Positions 19,523 to 27,820 of a stretch of DNA of 64,000 nt are shown here, in pieces; the first letter of the stretch is position 1, and every line of letters starts with the position of its first letter. Source of the stretch: Acidobacteriota bacterium (GTDB lineage Bacteria > Acidobacteriota > Thermoanaerobaculia > Thermoanaerobaculales > Sulfomarinibacteraceae); contig JAJDNM010000125.1 of assembly GCA_022340665.1 (NCBI GenBank), positions 28,829-92,828 on the forward strand. Direction: 5' to 3'. Under the pieces are notes generated by a model that worked only from the letters and a program-made list of their open reading frames with translations, made no database searches and had not been told where the DNA came from. A program made the position numbers and the translations under genes.

Positions 19523-21583
19523 TCAGGCCTTTTTCTCTTCGTCATCACTTCCGGAATCGGTCGGCTCTTCGGCTGTTTCCTCGGAGTCCCCCTCGTCTAC
19601 CGTCTCGGTCGCCGGCGCTTCTTCGGCATCAGCGCCGGCCGCAGTCTCTTCGTTATTTCCAGCCTCCTCCTCGACCTCGACAGAAGCCGTTTCTTCCGAG
19701 TCAGGCACATTTTCCTCTGACTCTTCGGCCGAGGCCTGTTGCTCTTCTACATTCGAGGCTTCAGTCGAATCGGCGGCCTCATCGGTCACCTCTGAATTCG
19801 CCGCAACCGGCTCTTCTTCCGACGCGGGGGGATCGGCCGCGAGTTCAACCACCTCATCCGCCGGCTCGGCTTCCTCTTCGACCAGCCCTCCTGCGCGAAG
19901 CGCCGCTGCCATCGCAGTCTCCGCGCCGGTGGTCTCGCCTGCCTCGGTTGCGGCGTCTGCCTCAACGTCATCTTGATCGATGCCATGCATCGACAGTCCG
20001 ATCCGGCTCTCATGCCAGTCGATCCTGAGAATCCTGCAGCGCACCGGCTGCCCGCCCGCATACATTTCGGCCAGCGCCAACCCCTCATCGCGGTCGATCT
20101 CGGATATGTGGCACAGTCCCTCCACGCCAGGCGCCAGCTCAACGAAGATCCCAAAATCGGTGACATTCGTGATCGCACCCGTCACCACATCGCCGACACC
20201 ATGCGTGTTCGCGTACTCCTCCCATTCGTTCGGAAGCAGCTCCTTCATCGACAGGGAAATCCGCTGATTATATGAATCGATCGATGTGATGACCGCCTCG
20301 ACCTCGTCGCCCTTCTGCACCACCTCGCTCGGGTGGTTGATTCGTCGCGTCCAGGACATATCCGATATATGAACGAGGCCATCAACACCGGGCACAATCT
20401 CGACAAACGCACCGAAGTCGGTGAGGTTTCGCACTGTACCCGTGACCTTCGCGCTGACGCTGTAGGTCTCGGCGACCTGTTCCCACGGGTTGGGTTCGGT
20501 CGCGCGAAGTGAGAGGGAAAGGCGTCGCTTTTCGGAATCGACCTCTGAAACAACGACTTCGACCTCTTGACCGATCTCGAGAATCGAACGCGGGTTCTTG
20601 ACCTTCTTCGTCCACGACATCTCGCTGACGTGGATCAAACCCTCGACGCCTTCCTCCAATACAACGAAAGCACCGTAATCGACGATACTGACAACCTTGC
20701 CCTCGACGCGTTTACCGACCGGGTACTTTTCAGGCACCAGTACCCAGGGGTCCTCGAAACGCTGTTTGTATCCGAGGGAGACTCTTTCGCGATCACGGTC
20801 GAATCGCAGCACCACAACATCGACCTCGTCGCCGACCTTGAAGTACTCGGTCGGATGTCCGACCCGACCCCAGGAAATATCCGTGATATGGAGAAGCCCG
20901 TCGAGACCGCCGAGGTCGATGAACACCCCGTAGTCAGTGAGATTCTTGACCACGCCGCTGACCAGTCCACCCTCTTCGAGGGTTTCCATGGTCTTCTCCT
21001 TGATCTTGCCCTGCTCCTCTTCGAGAATCGCCTTGCGAGACAAGACCACATTCGACCGCCGGCGATCAAAGGAGATGATGCGGGCCTCGATCTCTTGACC
21101 GAGATAGTCCTCCAGTCGGCGATTCGGCAGCAGATCCACCAGGGAGCCGGGCAGAAAGGCGCGAACGCCGATATCGACCGACAGCCCGCCCTTGACTCGA
21201 TCCAGGACGGGTCCCTTGACCGGAGCTCCTGACTTGTAGGCTTCTTCAATCGCTCGCCACGTCTTGAGCTTGGTTGCGCGATCGCGCGAGAGACGAACGC
21301 GTCCCTCCGATTCATCGAGCCGTTCGACGAACACCTCGACCTCGTCGTTGACCTTGATCTGGACCTCGCCAGTCTCAGGATCCGTAAACTCCGCGGCCGA
21401 TACACTGCCCTCACATTTGTAACCGATGTCAACCAGGACTTCCTCGCTGTCGACCGCAACGACCGTGCCCCGAATGACCTCGCCTTCTTTGAGAGATTGG
21501 AGGGAAGACTCCATGAGCTGTTCCATCGACAGCTCGTCTGATCCGTTCTCCTGTTGATCTTGTCCGTTTGTTTCCGCGTCCAT
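19523..21583 (-). CDS. rpsA: 30S ribosomal protein S1 with a long acidic C-terminal tail
   Basis: Start set at ATG 21583, with GGAGG upstream. Six S1/OB repeats are present (GEVIRGTVVAV..., GAPVKGPVLDRV..., GLVSGVVKNLTDYGVFIDL..., VGKRVEGKVVSIVDYGAFV..., SAKVTGTVRNLTDFGAFVE..., GDVVTGAITNVTDFGIFVE...). A low-complexity tail of about 150 aa rich in Glu, Asp, Ala and Thr follows. Confidence 0.9.
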   Translation of the reverse strand: MDAETNGQDQQENGSDELSMEQLMESSLQSLKEGEVIRGTVVAVDSEEVLVDIGYKCEGSVSAAEFTDPETGEVQIKVNDEVEVFVERLDESEGRVRLSRDRATKLKTWRAIEEAYKSGAPVKGPVLDRVKGGLSVDIGVRAFLPGSLVDLLPNRRLEDYLGQEIEARIISFDRRRSNVVLSRKAILEEEQGKIKEKTMETLEEGGLVSGVVKNLTDYGVFIDLGGLDGLLHITDISWGRVGHPTEYFKVGDEVDVVVLRFDRDRERVSLGYKQRFEDPWVLVPEKYPVGKRVEGKVVSIVDYGAFVVLEEGVEGLIHVSEMSWTKKVKNPRSILEIGQEVEVVVSEVDSEKRRLSLSLRATEPNPWEQVAETYSVSAKVTGTVRNLTDFGAFVEIVPGVDGLVHISDMSWTRRINHPSEVVQKGDEVEAVITSIDSYNQRISLSMKELLPNEWEEYANTHGVGDVVTGAITNVTDFGIFVELAPGVEGLCHISEIDRDEGLALAEMYAGGQPVRCRILRIDWHESRIGLSMHGIDQDDVEADAATEAGETTGAETAMAAALRAGGLVEEEAEPADEVVELAADPPASEEEPVAANSEVTDEAADSTEASNVEEQQASAEESEENVPDSEETASVEVEEEAGNNEETAAGADAEEAPATETVDEGDSEETAEEPTDSGSDDEEKKA

Positions 21584-21669
21584 CACCCTTTCGTGCCTCC
21601 TCGCTAGATCCATCCGATATGAACCTAGCCTCCGTAATTTGATGACCTTACGGTTTCCCGCGCGTCGAG

Positions 21670-22401
21670 TCAAGCGGGTTGGTTCGACCTCCCATCAAGA
21701 ATAATCGCGACCTCTTCCAGAAGCCTCTCCACGACCTCGTCCAGGCTCGAATCCGTCGTGTCAACGACGACCGATCCTCGTGCGACTTGGAGTGGAGATT
21801 CCGAACGTGATGTGTCTTGACGGTCGCGCCGCTGCTGCTGAATCCTGACATCTTCAAGACTCGTCTCGGGGTCTTTTTCTTTGAGGTCTCGATGACGACG
21901 CCGTGCCCTTTCCTCGGCGCTCGCGGTGAGGAAGACCTTCAGATCGGCATCGGGAAAGACGACGGTTCCAATGTCGCGCCCCTCCATGACTCCACCGTTG
22001 GCCTGCCCGAGCTCCCTTTGCAGTGGAACCAATGCGCTCCTCACTTCCGGCAGCGCCGAGACGGCCGAGGCCATCAGGGAGCACTCCGGAGTCCGGATGT
22101 CGCCACTCACGTCCTGATTGTCGATCAGAACCGCGGTGCCCTCATCCGTGGCCTCGACCTCCAGGAGGTGAGAATGCATCAACTCCACCACCCTCGCGAC
22201 AGCGGCCTCGTCGAGCGGCGGCTCGAGACCTTCCCTCAGAGCCATCAGCGCCACCGCACGGTACATGGCACCTGTGTCGAGGTAGGGAACTCCCAACCGT
22301 TGCGCGAGCATCCGCGCGACGGTGGACTTGCCGGCTCCGGCGGGGCCGTCGATTGCAATGATAGGCGGTGAAGGTCGAGGATCGGCGACGCTTTGAGTCA
22401 A
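21670..22401 (-). CDS. cmk: Cytidylate kinase
   Basis: 243 aa. IAIDGPAGAGKSTVARMLAQRLGVPYLDTGAMYRAV and GRDIGTVVFPDA blocks. The stop overlaps the long-ORF version of rpsA by 4 nt. Confidence 0.95.
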   Translation of the reverse strand: MTQSVADPRPSPPIIAIDGPAGAGKSTVARMLAQRLGVPYLDTGAMYRAVALMALREGLEPPLDEAAVARVVELMHSHLLEVEATDEGTAVLIDNQDVSGDIRTPECSLMASAVSALPEVRSALVPLQRELGQANGGVMEGRDIGTVVFPDADLKVFLTASAEERARRRHRDLKEKDPETSLEDVRIQQQRRDRQDTSRSESPLQVARGSVVVDTTDSSLDEVVERLLEEVAIILDGRSNQPA

Positions 22402-24072
22402 ATCGGGGTCCTTAAAAAAAAATGCGAACCGTCATTGTACAGCGTGCACTATGCTCGTGCAGTGAACGGGATAAAGAATAGACGCCTGTTGCAGGCCGAA
22501 CGCCGCACGTTCGTGGTCCCACGCGCCGGCGGACTTCGAGTCGGAATGGGTTATGCAAATACTTACAGGATCGGAATGTCGTCTCTCGCTTACCAGTGGT
22601 CGGTCGAGCTGGCTGCCGGGATCGGCGACATAGGAGTCGAGAGGTTTTTTGCTGACCCGGAGCTGAGCCCTGGAAGGACGATCGAAGCCCACTCCGCGCT
22701 CGGAGACCTCGATGTGCTCGCCTGGAGCTGTTCCTTCGAGCTCGACACCGCCAATCTGCTCGCAACCCTCGACGCCGCGGGGATTCCGCGCCGCAGCAGT
22801 GAGCGCACCTCGCGGCACCCGCTGTTGGTGATGGGCGGCGCGGTCGCCTCGATCAACCCGCTTCCGCTGGCGCCCGCCATCGATGTTTTCGTGCTCGGTT
22901 CGGCCGAGCTGCTGTGGCCTCCCCTCCTCCATTTGATTCAAGAAAATCCGAGTCGCGATCGGTTGTTGCTTGAACTCGCGGATCGGGACGGTTTCTTCGT
23001 TCCCCGTCACCACCTCGAAGTCGGGGGTCGACCGCAAAAGGTGCGACGGGTCGAAAAACGCGATGTGCACATGGCGGACCCAGCCATGGTCCCGGTCTCT
23101 CATGTCGTCACACCACACACTGAATACAGCAACCGTGGCCTGGTCGAAATGTCCCGCGGTTGCCCGGAAAAGTGCAGATACTGCTGGGTGAGCTACAACT
23201 ACGGTCGTCTGCGGTGCTATCCGAAGGATGCGATCCTCGATCGTGTCGACCGGTTGCATCGAATGACGGACCGGGTAGGCTTCGTGGCGACCGCGGTCGG
23301 CGACCATCCGGATCTGGCGGAGATTCTCGAAGAATGCCGCCGACGGGAGATCAACGTTGCACTCTCCTCCCTGCGCATACCGGCGATGCGGGAGGAGGTC
23401 CTCAAACCATTGGCCGAGTCCGGCGCGCGTTCGATCACAATCGCACCGGAGACGGGCACTGACGAGCTTCGTCGCAAGCTCAACAAACCGATCACCAACG
23501 CCTCGATCCTCGAAGCAGTCGACACGGCCCTTCGCTGCGGCATCGAAAACCTCAAGATGTATTTCATCATCGGCTTGCCAGGAGAGACCGATGGTGACCT
23601 GAAAGGCATCGTCGACCTCCTTCGACAGGCGCAGGAAATCTTGGTCTCCCGCGGACGCGATCGCGGACACGTCGGTACAATTTCGGCCGGTTTCAACGTC
23701 CTCGTACCCAAGCCCTATACCCCGTACGCCCGTGAGGCGATGCTGGATCGACAGGAAGCCCGTCGACGAATGGAGCTGGTTGAAAGCGGAGTTCGCGACA
23801 TCTCCAATCTCCGGACTGAACGGCCGGCCTATCGTGAGGCCGTCTGGCAGGCATTTCTCAGTCGAGGGGACGTGACCGCCTTCGATGTTCTCGCGACGGC
23901 GGCTTCAGGGTGCTCGCTCGGACAGGTGCTCAAGACTCATCGAACGGCCATAGAGGCCTCCGCGCTAAATCACTTCGAGGGCGAACCCGCCTGGCAATTC
24001 GTCACCTCGGCTCCGGTGCGGGAGACATCTCGACGGAAGCCCCCCGTGCCAGGCAGCAACGTGCAAGAGTAG
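22393..24072 (+). CDS. Radical SAM protein with N-terminal B12-binding-like domain (function unknown)
   Basis: Cluster motif EMSRGCPEKCRYCWVSYNYG. The N-terminus reads LRVGMGYANTYRIGMSSLAYQ, as in the uncharacterised B12-like radical SAM families. The track start 22393 overlaps divergent cmk, so the true start is more likely the in-frame GTG at 22444 or 22462. Confidence 0.8.
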   Translation: MSQIGVLKKKCEPSLYSVHYARAVNGIKNRRLLQAERRTFVVPRAGGLRVGMGYANTYRIGMSSLAYQWSVELAAGIGDIGVERFFADPELSPGRTIEAHSALGDLDVLAWSCSFELDTANLLATLDAAGIPRRSSERTSRHPLLVMGGAVASINPLPLAPAIDVFVLGSAELLWPPLLHLIQENPSRDRLLLELADRDGFFVPRHHLEVGGRPQKVRRVEKRDVHMADPAMVPVSHVVTPHTEYSNRGLVEMSRGCPEKCRYCWVSYNYGRLRCYPKDAILDRVDRLHRMTDRVGFVATAVGDHPDLAEILEECRRREINVALSSLRIPAMREEVLKPLAESGARSITIAPETGTDELRRKLNKPITNASILEAVDTALRCGIENLKMYFIIGLPGETDGDLKGIVDLLRQAQEILVSRGRDRGHVGTISAGFNVLVPKPYTPYAREAMLDRQEARRRMELVESGVRDISNLRTERPAYREAVWQAFLSRGDVTAFDVLATAASGCSLGQVLKTHRTAIEASALNHFEGEPAWQFVTSAPVRETSRRKPPVPGSNVQE

Positions 24073-24101
24073 CCTTCGGAGTGAGGTGGATCGCTGGCCG
24101 T

Positions 24102-24119
24102 AGTGCCCGGGTGGGCACT
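24102..24119. terminator. GC-rich hairpin between convergent genes (possible factor-independent terminator without U-tract)
   Basis: AGTGCCC-GGGT-GGGCACT: a 7-bp perfect stem with a 4-nt loop. It lies in the 67-nt gap between the radical SAM stop (24072) and the DUF1573 stop (24140). No flanking T or A run. Confidence 0.35.
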
Positions 24120-24139
24120 GCTGGCTCGACCAGGTGGTC

Positions 24140-25234
24140 TCACCGGCGCCGTCCGACGGAGAATCCTCTCAGAGTTCCTTCTCGAGAGGACGCGATGAAC
24201 ACTGGCACCTCCACGGGTTCCCTTTCGTTTTCCCTTGTGCTGATACGTAACCACCCTTCGATCGTGCCGGCAAACTCCCTCGAGCGAGCGTCCGGCACCA
24301 ACTCCACGCGCAACATCTGCCGTACTCCGGGTTTTGGCGAAACGGCCGAAGCTGAAAAGACGTCGGGATGCGAGACTTTTACGGCGGTGACGGAAAACTC
24401 CTCGCCCGCGTTGTTTTGTAGGGTCACTACGGCCGAGATGCCGTCTCCGGTGCCGCTCGGAGACGACCACAGCCTCGCTCCGCGGGGGCGTGGTTCGATC
24501 ACAGGTCGCACTCGCGCGGCATAGGGTACGTCGACTGCTGTGGCAATCGGGTGGTTGGTCTTCAGCTTGACCTTTCCTGTCCAAGATCCGACAGGTGCGT
24601 CGTCCTCAAGGGCCAGTTCGAGCCACACATCTCCTGGAACGGCTTCCACCCCATCGTATTCTTCTCGCCTCTCGACCGTCTCGGTTTTCGCAAACAAAGC
24701 CTGGTTCCCGGTCTCCGCCTGCAGCACCTCCAGCGCCTGACCGTCGGCCCTTCGCAGCAACACTCGCGCGGTCTTCCTCTCCCCTTTCATTGCCGAGATA
24801 ACGAGCCGGTCGTGCGGCAGGACGCGCAACGGAGTTTCGACATTGACCGAGAAGCGGAGATTGATGTCAGAGGCACTTGAGGCATCCGTGCGAACCGCGA
24901 CCGATTTCGAGACCCTCCGATTGAGAAGAGGTGCGGTGTGCAGCCTCGCTACGAGCTTTCCCGACTCACCTGCCGGGATGACCGAATCATACTCGGCCAG
25001 CGTGCATCCTCAAGATGGTTTCGCGCGGATAATGTGAACGTCTTCCGTACCGTCGTTGTGGAACACGAAGACTGCCTCGGCAACCGTGCCGGCGACGATC
25101 GTGCCCAGATCCAGCTCGCGGCTCTCCACCCGAAACGACGGATTGCCATCCCCTTCAGCGGCCGCCAGCGGCGCGGAAAGAATGATTCCGAAGGTCGCAG
25201 CCGCCAACGTGGCTGCATGAAGAACACGCACCAT
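24140..25234 (-). CDS. Secreted DUF1573-domain protein with in-frame TGA at 25010..25012 (candidate selenocysteine codon; otherwise a pseudogene)
   Basis: Track ORFs 25010..25234 and 24140..24829 are in the same frame, with no other stop between them. Read-through gives a signal peptide MVRVLHAATLAAATFGIILSAPLAAAEG, then LDLGTIVAGTVAEAVFVFHNDGTEDVHIIRAKPS-[TGA]-GCTLAEYDSVIPAGESGKLVARL. The DUF1573 hallmark is F.N.G...L.I..V..SCGCT....PI.PG..G.I.V, so the TGA occupies the first Cys. Read-through totals 364 codons. Confidence 0.6.
24976..25012 (-). promoter_or_regulatory. Candidate bacterial SECIS hairpin immediately 3' of the in-frame UGA
   Basis: mRNA: UGA GGAU GCACGCU GGCCGA GUAUGAU UCGGUC AUCC. 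The lower stem is GGAU/AUCC (4 bp). The 11-nt spacer from the UGA is GGAU plus the 7-nt 5' bulge GCACGCU. The upper stem is GGCCGA/UCGGUC (6 bp, one G-U) and starts at nt 12 after the UGA. The 7-nt apical loop begins with GU. This geometry resembles the E. coli fdhF-type SECIS (minimal upper stem-loop 11 nt from the UGA, G/U in the loop). Confidence 0.5.
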
Positions 25235-25303
25235 AGTTGCCTCCAGGGGTTCTTGGGTAACCGCCCGTTTCAGTTCCGGCTACCGATCGCCACGTCGATT
25301 GTA

Positions 25304-26083
25304 TCAGCCGGCGATCCGGTACTCCCCGAGGATCTGGCCTCGGGTACTCACGACCAGGCACTCAACTGGAACGTTTCGTTTTGAGCGACACGCCGCCTCT
25401 TCTGCCAGCCGCACCAAACCGCCGCAGCACGGAACCTCCATCACCATGACCTTGAGGCTACGGATCTTCGCTTCGTCGATCATCGTCATCAGCTTCTGCA
25501 GGTAGATCTCCTGGTTGCTATCGAGCTTGGGACACGCAATGGCCAGGGAAGAGCCGGCAAGATATCGCTGGTGGAAGTCGCCAACCGCGAAAGCGACACA
25601 GTCGGCGGCCAGGAGAACATCCTGGTCCTGGAAGAACGGCGCGGTCGGTTGCACGAGATGGAGTTGGACCGGCCAGTGGCGCAACCGGGAGGGTTGTCCG
25701 TCCGCGTCGATCATAGGACTTGCCACCGGCGTTTGGTGGAACTGAGGTCGTGACCCTGGGCAGCCTCCACCGACTGGAATCGGTGCCTGATCCAGGATAT
25801 TGAATTGACGGCGAGAAATGTCGGGGGAGCCACCCTTTTGCCTCTGCGCGAGGTGCCGTTCGACCGCTTGTTCATCGAATGCACCAGCCTCCCGCTCAAC
25901 GACCTTGAGTGCACCCTGGGGGCAGTGGCCGAGACAGGCACCGAGCCCGTCGCAATAGACGTCGCTGATCAGACGCGCCTTGCCGTCGATGAGCGCGATT
26001 GCTCCTTCGGCACAGGCGGTAATACAATCGCCGCACCCGTCGCAGAGTGCTTCGTCTATTTCGATGACCTCTCGGACTGCCAT
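25304..26083 (-). CDS. 2x[4Fe-4S] ferredoxin-domain protein with Cys-rich C-terminal domain
   Basis: 259 aa. CDGCGDCITAC and CDGLGACLGHCP are dicluster ferredoxin motifs. The C-terminal domain carries ADCVAF, ACPKLD and EVPCCGGL cysteines. Confidence 0.75.
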   Translation of the reverse strand: MAVREVIEIDEALCDGCGDCITACAEGAIALIDGKARLISDVYCDGLGACLGHCPQGALKVVEREAGAFDEQAVERHLAQRQKGGSPDISRRQFNILDQAPIPVGGGCPGSRPQFHQTPVASPMIDADGQPSRLRHWPVQLHLVQPTAPFFQDQDVLLAADCVAFAVGDFHQRYLAGSSLAIACPKLDSNQEIYLQKLMTMIDEAKIRSLKVMVMEVPCCGGLVRLAEEAACRSKRNVPVECLVVSTRGQILGEYRIAG

Positions 26084-26086
26084 GAT

Positions 26087-26533
26087 CTACTCCTCCTGCT
26101 TCTGATCACGCAACATCGTCAGCAGCATGCGGCTCGGCTCCGACGCCCGAAGCGCATGCGGAACGTTGGCCGGCATCCGTACGATTTCACCTGGACCGAC
26201 CCTAACCGGTGCTCCCCCGATGACGATGTCTAACCGACCATCAACGACCTGGACAAGTGCGTCGAACGGGGCCGTGTGTTCCGATAGGCTCTGACCGCCA
26301 TCGAATGCGAACAGTGTCACGCTGCCACCGTTGGTTTTCGCCAATACCCGGCTGACGATAGCGCCTTCGGCGATCTGCACGAGCTCGATCAACGCGCTGG
26401 AGTGGTCCGCCGCCAGAGCTTCGTTGGTGTCTGCGGAAGTTTTCTTCATTGCCGGATCCTTCAACGGTTCGTCATCGCTCCCGAGCATTCTGTGGTCTGC
26501 AACGGTCTTTTGTCCTTGATGAAGGTCAAGCAC
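26087..26533 (-). CDS. Cupin-domain protein
   Basis: Cupin beta-barrel pattern: LFAFDGGQSLSEHTAPFDALVQVVDGRLDIVIGG...GEIVRMPANVPHAL. An internal ATG at 26449 (MKKTSADTNE) is an alternative start. The track start overlaps the LarA-like stop by 8 nt. Confidence 0.65.
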   Translation of the reverse strand: MLDLHQGQKTVADHRMLGSDDEPLKDPAMKKTSADTNEALAADHSSALIELVQIAEGAIVSRVLAKTNGGSVTLFAFDGGQSLSEHTAPFDALVQVVDGRLDIVIGGAPVRVGPGEIVRMPANVPHALRASEPSRMLLTMLRDQKQEE

Positions 26534-27794
26534 CCCGGGGACGTGGATACACCGCGCCCGACGCCATCACTGCGACACTCTCTCCTTGGTGCCGCTCACG
26601 CCATTCTTCTATAACGGAATCAGGGTCCTGGATCGGTTCGAAACCCAGCCGCAGCGCCACGTCGGAATCGATGTTGGAGCAAAGCCTGACGCGGTAGCGA
26701 GAAGATTTTTCGACGATTCGAAGCGTCGTGTGTCCATACTGCACCCACTCGCGTGACAGTTTCTCGAGAATCCTCGCCGGCGTAGGGTTCTCCACGAATG
26801 GCGCCATGGCCGGTGATCCCAGGCCTCCGGCAAGCGAAGCAACCCACAGCATTTCGCCTCCGGGCTCGAGGAATCGGCACGCCGCGTCGAGCGACTTGTG
26901 AGCCTGGATCAGAGTGTCGTCTGTTGGGGCGCCACCCGACGACGCAACCATGAGATTGTAGCGCCGCCCGAGCGGGACCTGAAACCACGTCCGTACGCGG
27001 TCGACGGCGGCTTCAAATGCCTGTTGCCACGGTCCGGCACCTGCCCATGCAATTCCCCCGTCTCGTCCTTCAACAAGGCAGAGGGCGAATTCCGGGGACC
27101 GGAGGCTCACACCGCGGCGGATCTCCTCGGCAACCGGATTTCCTACGAGGACTCCAGGCTCACACCCGGGGTGCCTGGCTGCACCGTCTGTTCCGGGATC
27201 GAGGACCAGCGCGTGATTGGCCTGGATCTCAGTGTGCCCGGATACACCTGGGAAGACCATCTTGGGTCCACCGCCGAAACCCGCGAAGTAGTGGTGGCGC
27301 ACGGCGCCCACTGTGACCAGAAAGTCGGTCTCGACCGCGCTCGGATGAAGGCGCAACGGAAGTCCCGGGCGAATCTCACCTACGGTAACCAAATTGGTTG
27401 CCCGGCTTTCATGTTGGGCGATCCGGATCGAAGGCGAGAGCGGTCCGAGGAGCTCGGTGAGTGATTCCGGCCCCACTGGCGGATGGGTTCCATTCGCCAC
27501 AAGTACCGTGATCGATCGATCCTCGATTCCGGCGCGGGTCAGGTGTTCGATCAATATCGGAAGGACCGACGGGAGATCGGTCTTGCGCGTTGCGTCCGGG
27601 ACAATCACGGTGGCGGTCTTTCTTCCTCGTCCGATTTCCGCAAGGGGAGGGCCGAAGACCGGATTCTCGAGGGCTGCTTCTGCCAACTTCGACGGATCGC
27701 GACCTGGCGGTGCCGAAGGCGCAAGAGCACGAACTCGGAATCCCCGCAGGTCGAGCGGAACGTGCTCGTCGCCGAACGGCAATTTGACAATCAC
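26526..27794 (-). CDS. LarA-like protein (DUF2088, nickel-pincer-cofactor-dependent racemase/epimerase family)
   Basis: By eye it aligns with L. plantarum LarA: IVPDATRKTDLPSVLPILIEHL / ITVLVANGTHPP / HHYFAGFGGGPKMVFPGV (cofactor-tethering Lys region) / ANHALV. I moved the start to GTG 27794 (MIVKLPFGDE) because the TTG at 27839 would overlap the divergent AMMECR1 gene. Confidence 0.7.
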   Translation of the reverse strand: MIVKLPFGDEHVPLDLRGFRVRALAPSAPPGRDPSKLAEAALENPVFGPPLAEIGRGRKTATVIVPDATRKTDLPSVLPILIEHLTRAGIEDRSITVLVANGTHPPVGPESLTELLGPLSPSIRIAQHESRATNLVTVGEIRPGLPLRLHPSAVETDFLVTVGAVRHHYFAGFGGGPKMVFPGVSGHTEIQANHALVLDPGTDGAARHPGCEPGVLVGNPVAEEIRRGVSLRSPEFALCLVEGRDGGIAWAGAGPWQQAFEAAVDRVRTWFQVPLGRRYNLMVASSGGAPTDDTLIQAHKSLDAACRFLEPGGEMLWVASLAGGLGSPAMAPFVENPTPARILEKLSREWVQYGHTTLRIVEKSSRYRVRLCSNIDSDVALRLGFEPIQDPDSVIEEWRERHQGESVAVMASGAVYPRPRGA

Positions 27795-27820
27795 CCGGAC
27801 ACGATACCATTCTGTCCGAG

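Noticed and set aside
22432-23670. 412-aa minus-strand ORF
   Set aside because: It is antisense to the radical SAM gene, whose CxxxCxxC motif and B12-like N-terminus are on the plus strand. No motifs on the minus frame.
25010-25012. Interpretation of the TGA as an ordinary stop giving a 74-aa protein plus a separate 229-aa protein
   Set aside because: Not fully excluded, but disfavoured. The stop cuts the DUF1573 domain in the middle of its signature motif. The family-conserved sequence continues in frame for more than 60 codons before the next ATG (24829). A SECIS-like hairpin sits at the expected distance. A recent nonsense mutation (pseudogene) or a sequencing error remains the main alternative.
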